A DNA stretch of 64,000 bases, taken from Lama guanicoe. Taxonomy: Eukaryota. Made by a program: the position numbers and the translations under genes. The stretch is taken from NCBI GenBank assembly GCA_013239625.1, contig MU053365.1:783566-847565 (forward strand). The letters are read 5' to 3'. The notes beneath the pieces were generated by a model. That model was not told where the DNA came from and did no database searches. It worked only from the letters and a program-made list of their open reading frames with translations. Positions 63,687 to 64,000 of this stretch are shown here, piece by piece (position 1 is the stretch's first letter; each line of letters begins with the position of its first letter).

Positions 63687-64000
63687 GATTTGATAAATTT
63701 CCTGAAGACCTATAAGGCACTGTGCCACAAAAGGGGGGGTGGGAGAGGGAGTGGAGTGGGTGTGGCAAAGGGAGATTGGAAGAGGAGAATACAAAAGGCT
63801 GATCAGAATTTTTGCTTTGTAGAGGCTCACAGGCTAGTGGAGGCACACAAATAACCATCTTATGAGCTGAAGGCTGACTGGTGCCTGGGGGTCCTTTTAG
63901 GACACAGTCATGATCGCTCAGGGTCGGTTCAGCTCGCAGAGTGGTTGCTCAGAAGTCTACAAGTCAGTCTTTACACTCTGACTTTTCAGAATCGGGGCGA

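Noticed and set aside
1..64000. Prokaryotic-type systems, CRISPR arrays, tRNA or rRNA genes
   Set aside because: This is mammalian intronic and intergenic DNA. I saw no repeat-spacer arrays or structured RNA gene signatures.

Overview
Eutherian genomic DNA, probably camelid (inferred from L1 3' UTR types and no recognisable young SINE), from the X-linked region orthologous to human FRAXE. It contains the 5' end of AFF2 (FMR2) on the minus strand. The visible parts are a CpG-island promoter (~28.4-31.2 kb), the split GCC repeat (30041-30096), and the exon 1 donor (AGTG|GTAGGT at 29486/29485). Most of exon 1, including the start codon, falls in a 551-N gap (29490-30040). Bases 1-29485 are proximal intron 1; I found no exon 2. 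Bases ~31.2-64 kb are upstream intergenic DNA rich in L1, L2, MIR, MaLR and hAT relics. No other protein-coding gene is supported. The ORF-track entries are L1 fragments, GC-rich or repeat artefacts, or chance. The best leads are an upstream ATG reading the repeat as poly-proline, tandem U1-type sites before the repeat, a locally duplicated exon-like ~100-bp unit at 50.1/51.9 kb, and a CpG-rich intronic element with a donor site at 8.5-9.1 kb. Repeat subfamily names and human comparisons come from memory, not database searches.
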